Positions 30,335-44,200 of a stretch of 64,000 nucleotides of DNA are shown here, in pieces. The DNA lies in NCBI RefSeq assembly GCF_009914755.1, contig NC_060931.1, one strand, 5' to 3'. The notes beneath the pieces were generated by a model that saw only the letters and a program-made list of their open reading frames with translations, searched no databases and was not told where the DNA came from. This DNA is from the human T2T-CHM13v2.0 reference genome, Homo sapiens. The position numbers and the translations under genes were made by a program. Position 1 is the stretch's first letter. The number at the start of each line of letters is the position of its first letter.

Positions 30335-30560
30335 GTAGAGCACAGTGGTTAGAAACATGGACTTTTGTGTGGCTTGGCTCAACTGAATCCTCAGTTGCAT
30401 CTCTTACAAATTGTAGGTGACCTTACGTGAATTACTGAAACTTCAACTTTCTTTGGATAGTTATTTTATTTGTAATATGAGAATGATGCTAATGTTAGTG
30501 ACCCCAAAGGAATTAACAAATCAAATAAAGATATGTGTATCAAAACTAGGTTTCACTAAG
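30335..30560 (+). mobile_element. MIR
   Basis: CACAGTGGTTAGAAACATGGACTTT...GTGACCTTACGTGAATTACT. Confidence 0.7.
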
Positions 30561-31449
30561 TGAAACACTTAACATACAATATTTGAAAAATTTTAAAGCA
30601 CTTAACTCTGTGCTACTTCTAACTTAAGCACTAAGTACGTGTGAACTACTATTATTATTATTATTACTATGAGTATTGACTCCTCATCTCTGGAGTTAGA
30701 CTATCGCTTATTTAACCATCTAAGCCTCTGCTTCTTGTATTTTCTTCACTGAGTAGCTAAACTACAATTAGCTCTCTGTACCAGATTCAGATTCATTATT
30801 TTTTCCTATACCATTAAAAAAGTATTACTTAAATGTTATCTATGTGCCATGCACCATTGTGTACTAGCTGTTCCTCATTTGTGGAGAATATTTTATTCAT
30901 GCTTTTTTTAACAAAAAAAATCTATTTTTAGCACTTTTTATATTCATCCTTCAACTCTAAGCATTCTATGGTTAGTTCAGAAAAGCTACCTCTGTGCCCA
31001 CCGCTCGGCAAAGTTAATCAGCTGACTTGATCTCTTATCTAGCTTCAAACGTAATGTAAGCATTCAATAAACCAAAGAAAGGGGTATGGAACAATAATGT
31101 GCACTAACAGGGAGTTCCAAAGATTATTTCAAGAAAACCCACACAGGCCTAGGGAAGAAGAAAGAAAGTTATTACAAGTGTTTCTGCTTCTTCTGTTTTC
31201 ATAACAGAAAGTTTCTATGCCTTCTGAAATCCTTGTGGATAGAAAGATGATAGAGCAAAAATAATTGAAAAAATATGTTAATAGAAGGCATACAATGGAT
31301 AAAGATAAGCTTATATTGAATTTATGGAAATCATGATCTGAAAACCAGATTGACCCTTTTTTAATTAATAGATTTATTTTCACACTAGGAAGCACGCATA
31401 CCAATAGAAGGCAGAGCATCAGGCAAACAGATGCAATGCCTTAGGCAAT

Positions 31450-33290
31450 CAAACACTCTATGTAGGGCCATGGTTGAGTAAATTTTAAGAGGCAAGGATT
31501 CCTTCCACAAGCAACTAGAATAATAGGCAAAATATATAAAATAACTGTGTTCAGTCATTGGATAACAGGTGGTACAGGATTAGGATCCCTGAAAGAAGGA
31601 AACAAACAATATGAGCATCATGGTTATCTCAGTTCTACCTGGAGGCACTTCCCAGATGGCAGTATTGGGACAGGAAGCCTGAAGAAAACACAGTAAGGTT
31701 TCTGAGCTGGGAGGACAAATCAGGGGTTGGAGCTATTGAGGTAGCTGGGATTTGCAACAGGCTTCAGAATTCTGCATAAGGATCTCCTCTAGTATTGTGC
31801 TATGTCTGTACAGGTCAGGATCCGAAGGTCAGGTGAAAAAAAGGCATCAGAGAAAAAACAGCTACAGGGAAGCTGTGAATGGAAAAACAAAGTTTGCACA
31901 AAATGATGTTCAAGTTCCAAGCAGGCAGATAGGAGAAACCTTGTTAAGTACCTTGGTAGTCCACAAGAGAATCCCGAAAGTTTATACCACAGGATTAAGG
32001 TTAATCTAGCCCCACACTGAAGGCTACTCAGAACCAATTTTTTTTAAGCCCTGGGACTCTCAAGCTGATTTACAATAAACCTGAAGGGAAAAAAAATAAC
32101 ACCAAAGAGTTTGAATGTTAGAATATGCAATATTTAATGTACAAGGAAAAATATTAGAAATGCAAAGAAGCAGGAAAATTTGATCCATAAACAAGAGAAT
32201 TACAACTTAACAGAAATGGACACAAAAATAGAAGGCATGATGATATTAGTAAAGAAGCACATTAAGCAACTATTAAAATTATATTCAAAGATTTGAAGAG
32301 AAACATTAATGTACTTAGGAGATATTGAACACATAAAAAAGAACCAAATGTAAAATCTAGAGCTAAAAGATGCAATATGTAGAATAAAACTTTTATGGAT
32401 CAATGAACAGGAAGGCAGGATAATATAAACTCACCAAAAAAAGAAAAAAGAAAGACATACATAGAAACAAAAAGGAGAACAATGAATAAACAGAGCCTAT
32501 GTAAACTGTTGGACAATATTAAGTATAATACATATACATTGAATATGAGAGAAAAAAATGAAAGGAAGATTGGAGCAGAAAAATCATAAAATCGTTTGAA
32601 GAAATAATGGCCATACATTTTCCAAATCTGGTGATCCATGAAACTCAATGGACTCAGGCGTTATAAACCAAAACCACAGCATATTATTGTCAAATTCCTA
32701 AAATTCAGTAAGAAAGAAAAGTAATAAAATCAGCCATAAAGAGAAAGACATTATATACAGAAGAACAAAGATAATCGTTACCACCATATTTCTTGTCTAA
32801 CACAATGCAAGATAGAACACACTAGAGAAGAAAAATTAAATGCAAAAGCCATCTGCTAACCCAGGATTCAATATCCATTGAAAATATCCTTTAAAAATCA
32901 TGATGGACATTCCAAATTCACCCTGGAGATGTAGACAGTTGAAAGGAATCTCCACCCCATACTTACAAGAACAATTTTGGGTAAACATGCAAATTAATGC
33001 AAATTAGCTAATTAATTTCTCATCAGAGACCTTGTAAGCAAGAACAAAATGGAGCACGGTCTTTAATGTGCTGGGGAAAAAATGCTGTACTATATCCAGT
33101 GAAAATAAACTTCAAAAGCAATGCAGAAATACTATCTTAGGCATAATCTGAAAAAAATCTTTGCCATCAGAGATGCTCTATAAGAAATGTTAAAGTAAGT
33201 TATTTAGGTAGAAGGAATAAAATATAGGTGAGAACCTTGAACCTACAAAAAGAAATGAAGAGTGTTTGGAATTAATGACAATAAAATAAA
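31450..33290 (+). mobile_element. Old L1M 5' UTR and ORF1 remnants
   Basis: ORF1-like A-rich sequence (GAAGAAATAATGGCC, AAAGACATTATATACAGAAGAACAAAGATAA). Confidence 0.7.
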
Positions 33291-34739
33291 ATGTTTCTTG
33301 CTTATAATTGCTCTCAAGGAACAAACTTTTTATCTCTTAGTCAAGAGAGACCAAAGTACATGAGGGTAAAGGATGTAACTTCATTTTATAATGTGCTGTG
33401 CTGGAGCACGCCAGGTGAGACAGGTGATGTCTTTTCCACCTTTCTTTTATCTGGGAATGGAATAAGAATAATGAGGTGGAGGTGGTAGCAGAGGAGAAAC
33501 TATGTCACCCACACTTATGTCAAGCAGGGGTCAATTTGGAGAGTGTGAACAAAAGACGGGGTTGCTTACCCTGCTCTTGCATTTTTCTGTCTGTGCTGTT
33601 CTCACATCATTGTGGTACTTCTGCTAACATTTGGCACATGGTGTTGGACATTGCCATTGACCAGAACTCTTTGGAGGTACCAGTATTATTTAGAACATGA
33701 TCTCTGAGTCTAGACCATTTGTCATAATTTGGCAAGCACTACACCGCTATGAGAATCTGTTTTTCATATACCTCACAAGGTGCAGTATCATGGTTCCTTC
33801 ATGACTCAAATTCCTTTAATCTGAAAACATTTGTCAATAAATACTTTCAGCATAGAGGCCTTAAATATCTCAGCAAATATTCTTTGTGGGATTTACGTGG
33901 TTAAGCTCCACCACCAGTCTTTACTGCACAGAATGTCTCTGAGAATGCCATGATGATGGCCCCATTCTCTAGAGGGGAAAAATGAGCAGCCAGGGGGGTT
34001 GCGTGTTTTCAAGTCCATTAACAAGTCCCAGCTATCTCAGCTGTTGTGTTGGAATGCCCTCACTGAGGATAATAGAGAAAAGAATTGCACAAATACTTAT
34101 GACAATTGCCTCGGGAAAACTATTTTGACATACACAGTTACCCAGACCTTATGATTGTGATTCAAGAGAGATCTTAAAATTGATAAGCTTTTAACTAACT
34201 CCCTTATTCCCCTTCCTTCAAAATTTATTGAGTATTTACTATGCACTCTTAAGTCTAGGGATATAAAGACAAATGAACCACAGTTTTTAGCTGTGATTGA
34301 AGAAGGAAATGAGAGAGGGCTGGCTTTGTTTTCACATCCTGTTTTTGTTGGTTTATTCCCTATAGTCAGTGGGAAGCTCTTGGGTTTTAATAATTGGCTT
34401 TCTATTTTTGTTTGTATGGAGGTAACAATTTCCCCAGAACAATTTATAAATCATTACTCATTGCAAATATATGGAGGATTCATGCAGTGGGAGCTGCATG
34501 AAGTAGCAGGAAAATATTATCAAGAATACTTCTTATAATAATATTCAGGTCAAACTCTTTGGTTCCAGATAAGTGAAAACATTGCAACATCTCCATAAAG
34601 GAAGTAGTGGTTAATACTCAATACAAAGGATGTTAAGTTACCTAATTCAAATTACTTTATAGTCTTCTTCCCTTTTCTTTAAATCAATATTAGGAAGTTT
34701 ATTTTCTTTATTCCTCTAGTGAAACTAAAAAATCAATAA

Positions 34740-35270
34740 TACTATAGAATTACTTGTGTTAACGATAATAAGCTCTCAAAAACAGTGGATCTTGTGCAGT
34801 GAAATGCCTGAGCTAAAGGCTGCTGGGCATACCTTATCAAAGGGTGGATTTCGTCTTGACTTTGCCATCCAGGAAGGCTCCTTGGAGGAAGAGATATCTA
34901 AGGATGGGTCAGAATTGTTAGGTGAGGTTGGAAGTGTAGTAGACAGAGGCTAGCATGTGATAGTGTCATGAGTGAGCACATCCTGCTCCTGGAGAAGTTT
35001 CTTGTGGTTTGCTGGCATAATGCACAGAGAGGAGTGGCTGGAGACGAAGCTGGAAGTGGGGCAAGCATGTGCTATAGTAACAGGCTACAGTAACAAGTTT
35101 GGACTTCAGCCTGTGGGCATTGGAAAGCCATTGAATGGTTTTACAAATGGAAGTGACATAATTGAGTTCATTTAAAAATGTTCTCTCTGGCTGTAGGATG
35201 AAAAACGGACTTGAAGAGACCAAGACAGGAAATGGGAAGACCGGTTTGAAGCAATGCACAGAGAAATGAC
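34740..35270 (-). mobile_element. LINE2 fragment
   Basis: GGAAAGCCATTGAATGGTTTTAC...CTCTCTGGCTG is antisense L2. Confidence 0.78.
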
Positions 35271-36279
35271 TGACTCAGATATTTTAAAAGGGCCATTCTC
35301 TGGGGCCTGTGCAGGCCAATAGCAGACCATCTCAAGTTCTTTGAGCATATACTGTTCAGAGATTTTCCTTCTATAAATGAAAGATGACTCTATCGAAAAA
35401 ACAAAGAGTTCTCAGTTTCTAGTGTAGTTTTAGAGATTTTTAGTTATATCTCAACTGAGAAGTCCACATTTAGAGAACCCTTTAAGACGTAATTACAGGT
35501 AGGTATCAGGACTACAGGTATCTCAATTGAAGGCAAAATAAATTTTAGTCTCAGCTTGGAATGCCACAGTTAAGCAACACCTTAAGTCGAGCTAAGCCTG
35601 CTCATATTTTATAATATATGACTAAGAAGCTCATTTTAGGCTTTTCAGAGCATAGTAACAAAGAGAATAAATTCTATTTTTTACACCAGTTTTCAACATT
35701 TCCTTCAGGATCAATTATGAGCCAAAAACTGTGCACTAGGGACCCTTTGTATATCTTTCATAAAATGTGCAGTAACATTCAGCTTAACACAACAAGCCAA
35801 GTCCTCTGTGTATTCAGAGTGTGAACTGCTGAGTGCCAAAACACGATGTTCACATGGGATGATGTAAAAGACCTCCCTAGCAGAGCAAGGATCTCCTCAC
35901 CAAAATCAAACCTACCACCTTCAAGTCATGTATTTTAAAATGCATTACTTTCCAACTGCAATTTTTGTTTTGCAAAAGACTAAGATATAACTGACATTAA
36001 TGGCTTTTTTAATCCTGTTGATTTCTATTAGAAGGTAGATACACCCTTGAGTTTTACTCTTCAAGGGTAGCAACATCTGTGTAGAGTCTTGTGGGAGAAG
36101 ATATTGTAAGGAGCTACAAGGAACAGAATAAAAGAGAAGGAAATCATCCAAACGTGACCTCTGAAAGCCCTTTTGGTACATGGTAAAATTTACTTTATTT
36201 AGACCACTCGACATAATTATATGTAGCTAGATATTATTATGTCAGTATAACACAATTGTTACAATTATAGAACCTATTA

Positions 36280-36580
36280 GTCCGGGCACGGTGGCTCATG
36301 CCTGTAATCCCAACAATTTGGGAGGCCAAGGCAGGCGAATCACCTGAGGTCAGGAGTTGGAGACCAGCCTGGCCAATGTGGTGAAACCCCATCTCTACTA
36401 AAAACAGAAAAATTAGCCAGGTGTGGTGGTGCATGCCCTCAATTCCAGCTACTCGGAGGCTGAGGCAGGAGAATTGCTTGAACCTGGGAGGCGGAGGTTG
36501 CAGTGAGCTGGGATTGTGTCACCACACTCCAGCCTGGGCAACAGAGTGAGACTCCATCTCAAAAAAAAAAAATAAATAAA
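36280..36580 (+). mobile_element. AluS (Sx-like)
   Basis: Full dimeric Alu with CACCTGAGGTCAGGAGTT and an A tail. Confidence 0.96.
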
Positions 36581-36589
36581 CTATTTTAT

Positions 36590-39500
36590 TGATAATTACT
36601 AACTAGAGCCCATACTTTTTTCAAATTCCCTTATTTTTTACTTAACTCCTTCTTCTGATCTAGGAATCCATTCAAGATATTACCTTAGCTTTGGTTGTTC
36701 TATCTCCTTAGGCTCCTTTTGGATGTGATGGTTTCTCAGACTTTTTACCTTTTTGAGATAATTTTGGCAGTTTTGAGCCATTGTGGTCAGGTATTATGTA
36801 GAACGCCCCTTCACTGGGATTCATCTGATCATTTTCTTACGATTACACTGGGGTTATGGGTTTGAGGACGTGGGACCATGGAAGTAAAGTGTCATCCTTA
36901 TCAAATCATATCAAGGTACATGCTATCAATATGACTTGCCACTGTTGATGTTAACCTTCATCACCTGAATGAGGGGAGTTGTCAGGTTGCTCCGCTTTAA
37001 AGTTACTCTTTTTCCATCCTTTCCAAACTGTATTTTTTGAAACAAGCCACTATGTGCAGCCCGCACTTAAAGGGTTGAGGATTGTGCTCATAATTCATCA
37101 GTGGCTCTGTAAGAATACAGAGGAAAGGAGCCAGAAGGTTTCTGCTTAATGCATCTTGCCTCATCTTTTTTTTATTACTATGTACAAAGATGTTTTTACA
37201 CATAGAAACTTGGTACTGTATTAATAAATTCAGTGTGTAGCTTCAAAGTAAAATAAATTATTAAAGTATTTGGAACTTTGTCTATATAGGGCATTTGTCT
37301 ATTCTCCTGAATTCATTTGTTTATATTAGTAAGAGCTCATAGAAATGCACTTTATACTTTAGGTAATAACCCATACTACTTACCTGGGGCCATTGCTGCT
37401 CAAGTTTTTCCAGCCTTGGTGATGGGCGATGCTTTCAGTTAGCTCCTGTCCCTTTGACATACTCTCATCATTGTGGGAATTTTATTTGAACACTTCCTTA
37501 CTTTGGGCACTAAAAGAGGCCCCCGACTCTTCTTGTCTATTTCCTGCCCCAGTCTTAGAATCAGTGATTTCTCTAAGGAGCTCCAGTTCCCTTCACTGGG
37601 GAATAGTATTAGAAACCAAGATCTGGGCAGCAGGTGTGTTCACTGCTAGTAGGGTAGCCTAAGCTCTCTCAGCTGACAGGGAAATATATTTGTATACTAG
37701 CCCATATATAAACACATGTCTATACACATTTCTATATGTACACATCTGTATCTATATTAAACTATATATGAGTTTATACTGACATTGCCAAGCCTAATCC
37801 ATTGCCACATAAGTCATCCCAGCCTTCTCCCCTTGCTTATTTGTAAACTCGGTCTCTAAGAGTGAGAAACCTGGCTTACATCATCAGCCATTAGCTTACT
37901 AAGTTGTTCATTCTAGTGTACATGTGTATAGCACTACCAGCACTGTTAACCAATGCCCTGTGAATACTCCACTCATTTCCAGAATTGCTAAGGTCACAAC
38001 CCTTCCTCCACCCCTTTCTGTTAAGTCAGTGTATACATTTGTAGTACAATTAGATTATTTTGTCATATTCGAAGTTCCATCCTGGATTCTGTCAACCTCT
38101 TATTTTTATAACACATATCTTTTTTTTTCTTGTTTTTTTGAGACAGAATTTTGTTCTATCACCCAGGCTGGAGTGCAGTGGCACAATTACAGCTCACGAC
38201 AGCCTTGACCTCCGGGGCTCAAGCAATCCTCCCATCTCAGCCTCTTAAGCAGCTAGGGCATGCCACCATGCCTAACTAATTTTTTTTTTATGTTTTGTGG
38301 AGACAAGGTTTGCCTGTGCTTCCTAGACTGGTCTCAAATTTTTGGGCTCGATGCATTATTTTTTAAATTAATTTTTAATACATTAAGATTATTCCCAGTA
38401 CTATAAAGTTCTATGGGTTTTGACAAATGCATACTGTCATGTGTCTACCATAATGGTGTAATACAGCATAGTTTCAGAGCCCTGAAACATTCTTTCCTTC
38501 ACCTATTCCACCCTCCCCTGAACCGAACTCCTGTTAACCATTTATCTCTTTACTATATCTATAGTTTGACTTTTCTAGAATATCACATAGTTGGAATCAT
38601 ACAGTATCTGGCTCCTTGAAATTCATCTCTATCAATTAGTAATATGTATTGAAGTTTCATACATGCATTTTGTAGCTTGATTACTCATTTCTTTTTCTCA
38701 CTGAATAATATTCCATTGTCTTTATTCCACAGTTTGTATATCCAGTCACCTATTAAAGGACATCTTAGTTGCTCTCAGTTTTTACAACTACAACTAAAGC
38801 TACTTTAAACATTTCTGTGAATGTTTTACTGTGGACATGTTTTTAATTCATTTGTGTAAATACCTAGGAACATGATTTCTGGATTATAAGTCTATGTTTA
38901 ACTTGGTAAGAAACTGCCAGTCTATTTTCTAAAGTGGCTGTAGCAATCTGAATTACACCAGCAACGAATGAGAGCTTCTGTGGCTCCACATCAGCATTTG
39001 GTATTGTCAGTGATTGGGACTTTAGACATTCTAATAACTGTGTAGCAGTATCTCATTGTTGTTGTTTAATTTGCAATTCCCTACTGATATATGATGTAAG
39101 CATTTTTTATATACTAATTTCCCATCTATCTACTTAATTAGGTGAGTTGTCTGCTCACATCTTTTGTCCATTTTTAAAAAAATTCAGTTGTTTGTTTCCT
39201 TATTGTTGAAGTTTAGTAGTTCTCCATATATTTTTGACATGTCATTTATCAGATATGTGCTCAGAAAACATTTTATCGCTGCATAAAATTTGTATTTTTA
39301 TTCTTTTAACAGTGTCTTTCACAGAACAGAAGTTTTCAATTTTGTAAAATACAACTTACCAAATTTTCTTTTTTGGATCAAGCTTTGGGTGTTGTAGTTA
39401 AAAACACATCATGAAACTAAAGATTACCTAGATTTTCTACAGTTTTTTCTTCTAGAAGTTTTAGTTTTATAGTTTTGTATTTTACATTTAGATATGTTAA

Positions 39501-40896
39501 TATGAAATGTCTATGATGAATTTTGAGTTAATTTTTGTGCAAGATATAAAGTCTGTTTCCAAGTTCTTATTTTTTCACATTTGTGTCAGCACCATTTGTT
39601 GAAAAGAGTATCTGTTCTCAATCGAATTGTCTTTGCTTCATTGTCAATATGTGTATGGGTCTATTTCAGACCTCCCAATTCTTTTCTGTTGGTCTGCCTA
39701 TTCTTTCTCCGTTATCATACCACCACTTTAATTACTGTAGCTTTAAAATAATTCTTGAAAATGGGTGTATGAGTCTTTCAACTTTGTTCTTCTTTAATAT
39801 TGTTTGGCTTTCCAGGTCTTTCGAATTTCCATATAAATTTTATAGTCAGTGTGTAGATATCTACAAAATAGCTCGTAAGGATTTTGTTTTGGATTTTATT
39901 GGATCTCTAGTTCAAATCTGGAAAGACATGTTAACAATATTGAATCTTTTAATCCATGAACACAGAACATCTTCTATTTATTTAGATCTTCTTTTATTTC
40001 TTCTATCAGAGTTTTGTTGTTTTTCACATAGGATCCTATACATAATTTGTTACATTTATATGTTTCATTTTTTTGGTGTTATTGTGAAATGGCATTTTTT
40101 AAACTTTCAAATTCCAACAGTGTGTTGCTGATATGTAGAAAAGCAACTGACTTTTATGTATTCAACTTTATATTATGTGAAATTTCTATTGCTTATTAGT
40201 TCCAGGAAGTTTTCTGTCTGCTGTTTGGGATTTTACACATAGATAATCATGCTATCTGCAAACAAAAACAGTTTTATTTCTTCCTTCCAAGTATGTATAC
40301 TTTCTATTTCCTTGGGAAAGCATCTAGTCTCATACCATTAAATATGATGTTAGCTGTATATTTTTGGAGGTATTCTTGATCAAGTTCAGGAAGTTGCTTC
40401 TAAATTTCTATTTTACTTAGAGTTTTTATTGTGAATGGATGTTAGATTTTATCAAATGATTTTTCTGCATGAATTGAAAAAATTATGTGATTTTTCCTCT
40501 TGTTCCTGTTGATAGAGTAGATCACAATGACTAAATTGCTGAACCAGCCTTCAATAACAGGAAGTTGTTGCAGTTTATAATTCTTTTTATAAATTGATAG
40601 ATTCATTTGGCTAATATTTTGTTGAGGAATTTTGGATTGATGTTCATGAGAGGTATTCATCTAAGTTTTCCTTTATTGTAATGCCTTTATATAGTTTTGG
40701 TATTTGTGTAATATTAGTCTCATAGAATGAGTTAGGAATATTCCCTCTGCTTATATTTTCTGGAAGAGATTATTAAGAGAATTGGTGGAGAAGTAATAAT
40801 ATTTCTTTCTTCAGTGATTGGTGGAATTCACCAGTGAAACTATTTTGTCATGATCATTACTTTTTTGGAAGGTTATTAATTTCTGATGTAAATTCT
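36590..40896 (-). mobile_element. L1MC/MD-like element (long 3' UTR and ORF2), first part
   Basis: Antisense 3' UTR (GGGTTTTGACAAATGCATA, GTTGGAATCATACAGTAT). ORF at 40442-40660 gives RT-like HIIFSIHAEKSFDKI. Confidence 0.82.
38120..38353 (-). mobile_element. AluJ, truncated
   Basis: CAGCTCACGACAGCCTTGACCTCCGGGGCTCAAGCAATCCTCCC are AluJ diagnostics. Confidence 0.9.
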
Positions 40897-41094
40897 TTTT
40901 TCTCTTAAACTTTTTAATATCTTTCATAGCACCTACAAGAGTGTCTTTCACCAGCTGATATTCAATTATATTTTTCATAGATCAATTTATCTAGCAGAAT
41001 ATAATCAACCATTTTCCTTCAAAACCTTTTTTAAATTTTCACATGGGTTTTCAAAATGATATAATATTTTTTATTTTTTACTTTTTAATAATTG

Positions 41095-41254
41095 ACCTTT
41101 CAATTAAAAAATAAAAATTGTATATAGTTATTGTGTCAAAGATGACATTTTGAAATATGTATACATTGTGAAATGGCTAAATCCAACAAATTAACATATG
41201 AACTATTTCACATACTTATCATTTTTTGTGAAGAGAACATTTAAAATCTACTCT
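41095..41254 (-). mobile_element. L1MA 3' terminal fragment
   Basis: TACATTGTGAAATGGCTAAATC...CATTTTTTGTGAAGAGAACATTTAAAATCTACTCT. Confidence 0.8.
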
Positions 41255-41257
41255 TGA

Positions 41258-44200
41258 ACTCGGACAGACAGAGCAGCATGTGGAGATTCACATTATGAAC
41301 TTTTGCTCCAAGAACTACCACAGGAACATACCAGGAAAGCAGAGAGAATCCACAGACCCTTTGAAGGAAGTGGATTGCTACTGCAGGCCCTTGGGGACAG
41401 CCAAAAAACTGTGAGTGCCTAAAGTGTGAAAGTACGAAAGGGGGATTGTCTGCCCCTGAACACATACCCTCACTGAGGAACCTGAAGGTCCAGATCATGG
41501 GAAAAGGATTGGACCTGGAACTGAGACAAATTTAGAGAGCTGAGCGAAATAAAAGGGTTCAAGAAGCAGTGGAAATAACCCCGTGGGCATTCTAAGTCCC
41601 CAGGGAAGCCACTTCCGGGTTTGTTTCACAAGGATCCTAGGGGAAGGCTGCCAAAGGAACTGGGAAAAGACCATAGGGATAGAGAAACTTCCAGCTGAAC
41701 TTTGTAACAATTTCAAACAAATGCAAGGTTTGCTGGACAGAACCTGGTGGAGGGGGCAAATTGGGAGTGTAGACCCAGCAAAGAAGCCATGGCAGGCAGG
41801 GAGGCATGAAACATGAAAGCCCTGCTTGCTTTCTCAGCCAGGAGGCTGGTAGTCTGGGGCAAGTTCTCAGCCCTGCTCACCTGCTGCCTGGAAATAAACT
41901 CAGTGCTGTTGTTGGGTCACAGTGGGAATGAGACCGGCCTTTTGGCTGCATGGGAGCTAGGTAGGACTGTAACTGCCAGCTTTCCCCCACTTCCCTGGCA
42001 ACCTGCATGAGGCAGCAGAGGCAGCCATGATCGCCCTGAAAATATAACTCCATTGGCCTGAGAATCATACCTCCATCCCCAAAGCAGCCACAACAAGCCC
42101 CACCAAGGAGACTCTGAGTTCAGACATGCCTAACCCTGCCCCCACCTGATTGTCCTTCTCTGCTTGCCCTTGTAGCTGAAGACAAAGGACATGATCTCTT
42201 GGGAGTTCTATGACCCCACCTACCCCATGATCCTCCCTATACTGCTGCAACTGATGTGCTCTTGAAAGTGCCACCTCCTGGCTGGAGGTCCACCAACACA
42301 AAAGTAGTGCAGTAAACAAACCTACAGCCATGTGGACTCACAGAGTCCATTTCACTCTCCTGCCACCTCCACTGGAGCAGGTGCTGGTATCCACAGCTGA
42401 AACGCCTAAAAATGGATCACATTACAGGACTCCATGAAGACACTCCCCAGTAGCAGCCCAGAGCCTGGTAGCTCTGCCTGGGGGCTACATCCAAAGAGAA
42501 ATAACAATCACGAATGTGGCTCTCAGGAAGCCACATCTCTAGGGGAAGGGGAGAGCACCACATCAAGTGAGCATGCCGGAGGACAAAAGAATCTGAACAG
42601 CAGCCCTTTAGTCTCAGATCTTCCCTCTGACATAGTCTACCCAATGAGAAGGAACCAGAAAAACAATCCTGGTAATATGACAAAACAAGGTTCTTTAATC
42701 CCCCCAAAAATATCCCACTAGGTCACCAGCAATGGATCCAAACCAAGAAAAAAAAAACCTCAGAATTGCCAGAAAAAGAATTCAGAAGGTTAATTATTAA
42801 GCTAATCAAGGACAGACCAGACAAAGGTGAACTCCAGCTTAATGAAATCAAATTCTTCATACAAGATATGAAGTGAAAAATCTTCAGTGAAATAAATAGC
42901 ATACATCAAAAACAATCATGATTTTTTGGAAATGAAGGACACACTTAGAGAAATGTAAAATATAATGGAAAGTCTCAGCAATAGAATCAAACAAGTAGAA
43001 GAAAGAACTTCAGAGCTTGGAGACAAGTCTTTTGAATTAACCCAATCTGACAAAGACAAAGACAAAAGAGTAAAAAAAAAAATGAACAAAGTCTCCAAGA
43101 AGTTTGGGATTATATTAAACAACCAAAGCTAAGAATAATTCATGGTCCCAAGGAATAATAGAAATCTAAAAGTTTGGAAAACATGATCAAGAATAATCAA
43201 GAAAAACTTCCCAGACCATGCTAGAGATCTAGACATCCAAATACAAGCAGCTCAAAGAACACCAGGGAAATTTATTGCAAAAAGATCATTGCCTAGGCAC
43301 ATAGTCATCAGGTTATCTAAAGTCAAGATGAAGGAAAGAATTTTAAGAGCTGTGAGGCAAAAGCATCAGGTAACATATAAAGAAAAACCTATCAGATTAA
43401 CAGCAGATTTCTTAGCAGAAACCCTACAAACTAGAAGGGATTAGGGCCCTATCTTTAGGCTCCTTAAACAAAATCAGCCAAGAATTTTATATCCAACAAA
43501 ACTAAGCTTCATAAATGAAGGAAAGATACCATATTTTTCACACAAACAAATGCTGAAAGAATTCACCACTACCAAGCCAGCATTACAAGAGCTGCTAAAG
43601 GGAGCTGTAAATCTTGAAATAATTCCTTGAAATACACCAAAATAGAACCTCCTTAAAACATAAATCTCACAAGACCTATAAAACAAAAACACAATAAAAA
43701 AAAAAAAACTTAAGGTATTCAGGCAGCAACTAGCATAATGAATAGAATAGTATCTCACATCTCAATACTAATATTGAATGTAAATGGCCTAAATGCTCCA
43801 CTTAAAAGACAGAATGGTAGAAAGGATAAGAATTCACTAAGCAAGTATCTGCTGTCTTCTAGAGACTCACCTAACACATAAGGACTCACATAATCTCAAG
43901 GTAAAGGGGTGGGAAAAGATATTTCATGCACATGGACACCAAAAGTGAGCAGGAGTAGCTATTCTTACATCACACAAAACAAACTTTAAAGCAACAGCAA
44001 ACAGAAAAGACAAAGAGGGACATTATGTACTTATAAAAGGACTTGTCCAACAGGAAAATAATCACAGTCCTAAATATATATGCACCTAACATTGGAGCTC
44101 CCAAATTTATAAAATAGTTACTATTAGACCTAAGAAATGAGGTAGATAGCAACACAATAACAGTGGAGAACTTTAATACTCCCCTGACAGCACTAGATAA

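Noticed and set aside
39583-40131. 182-aa hydrophobic ORF
   Set aside because: Antisense reading of old L1 ORF2. The F/L/I richness is compositional.
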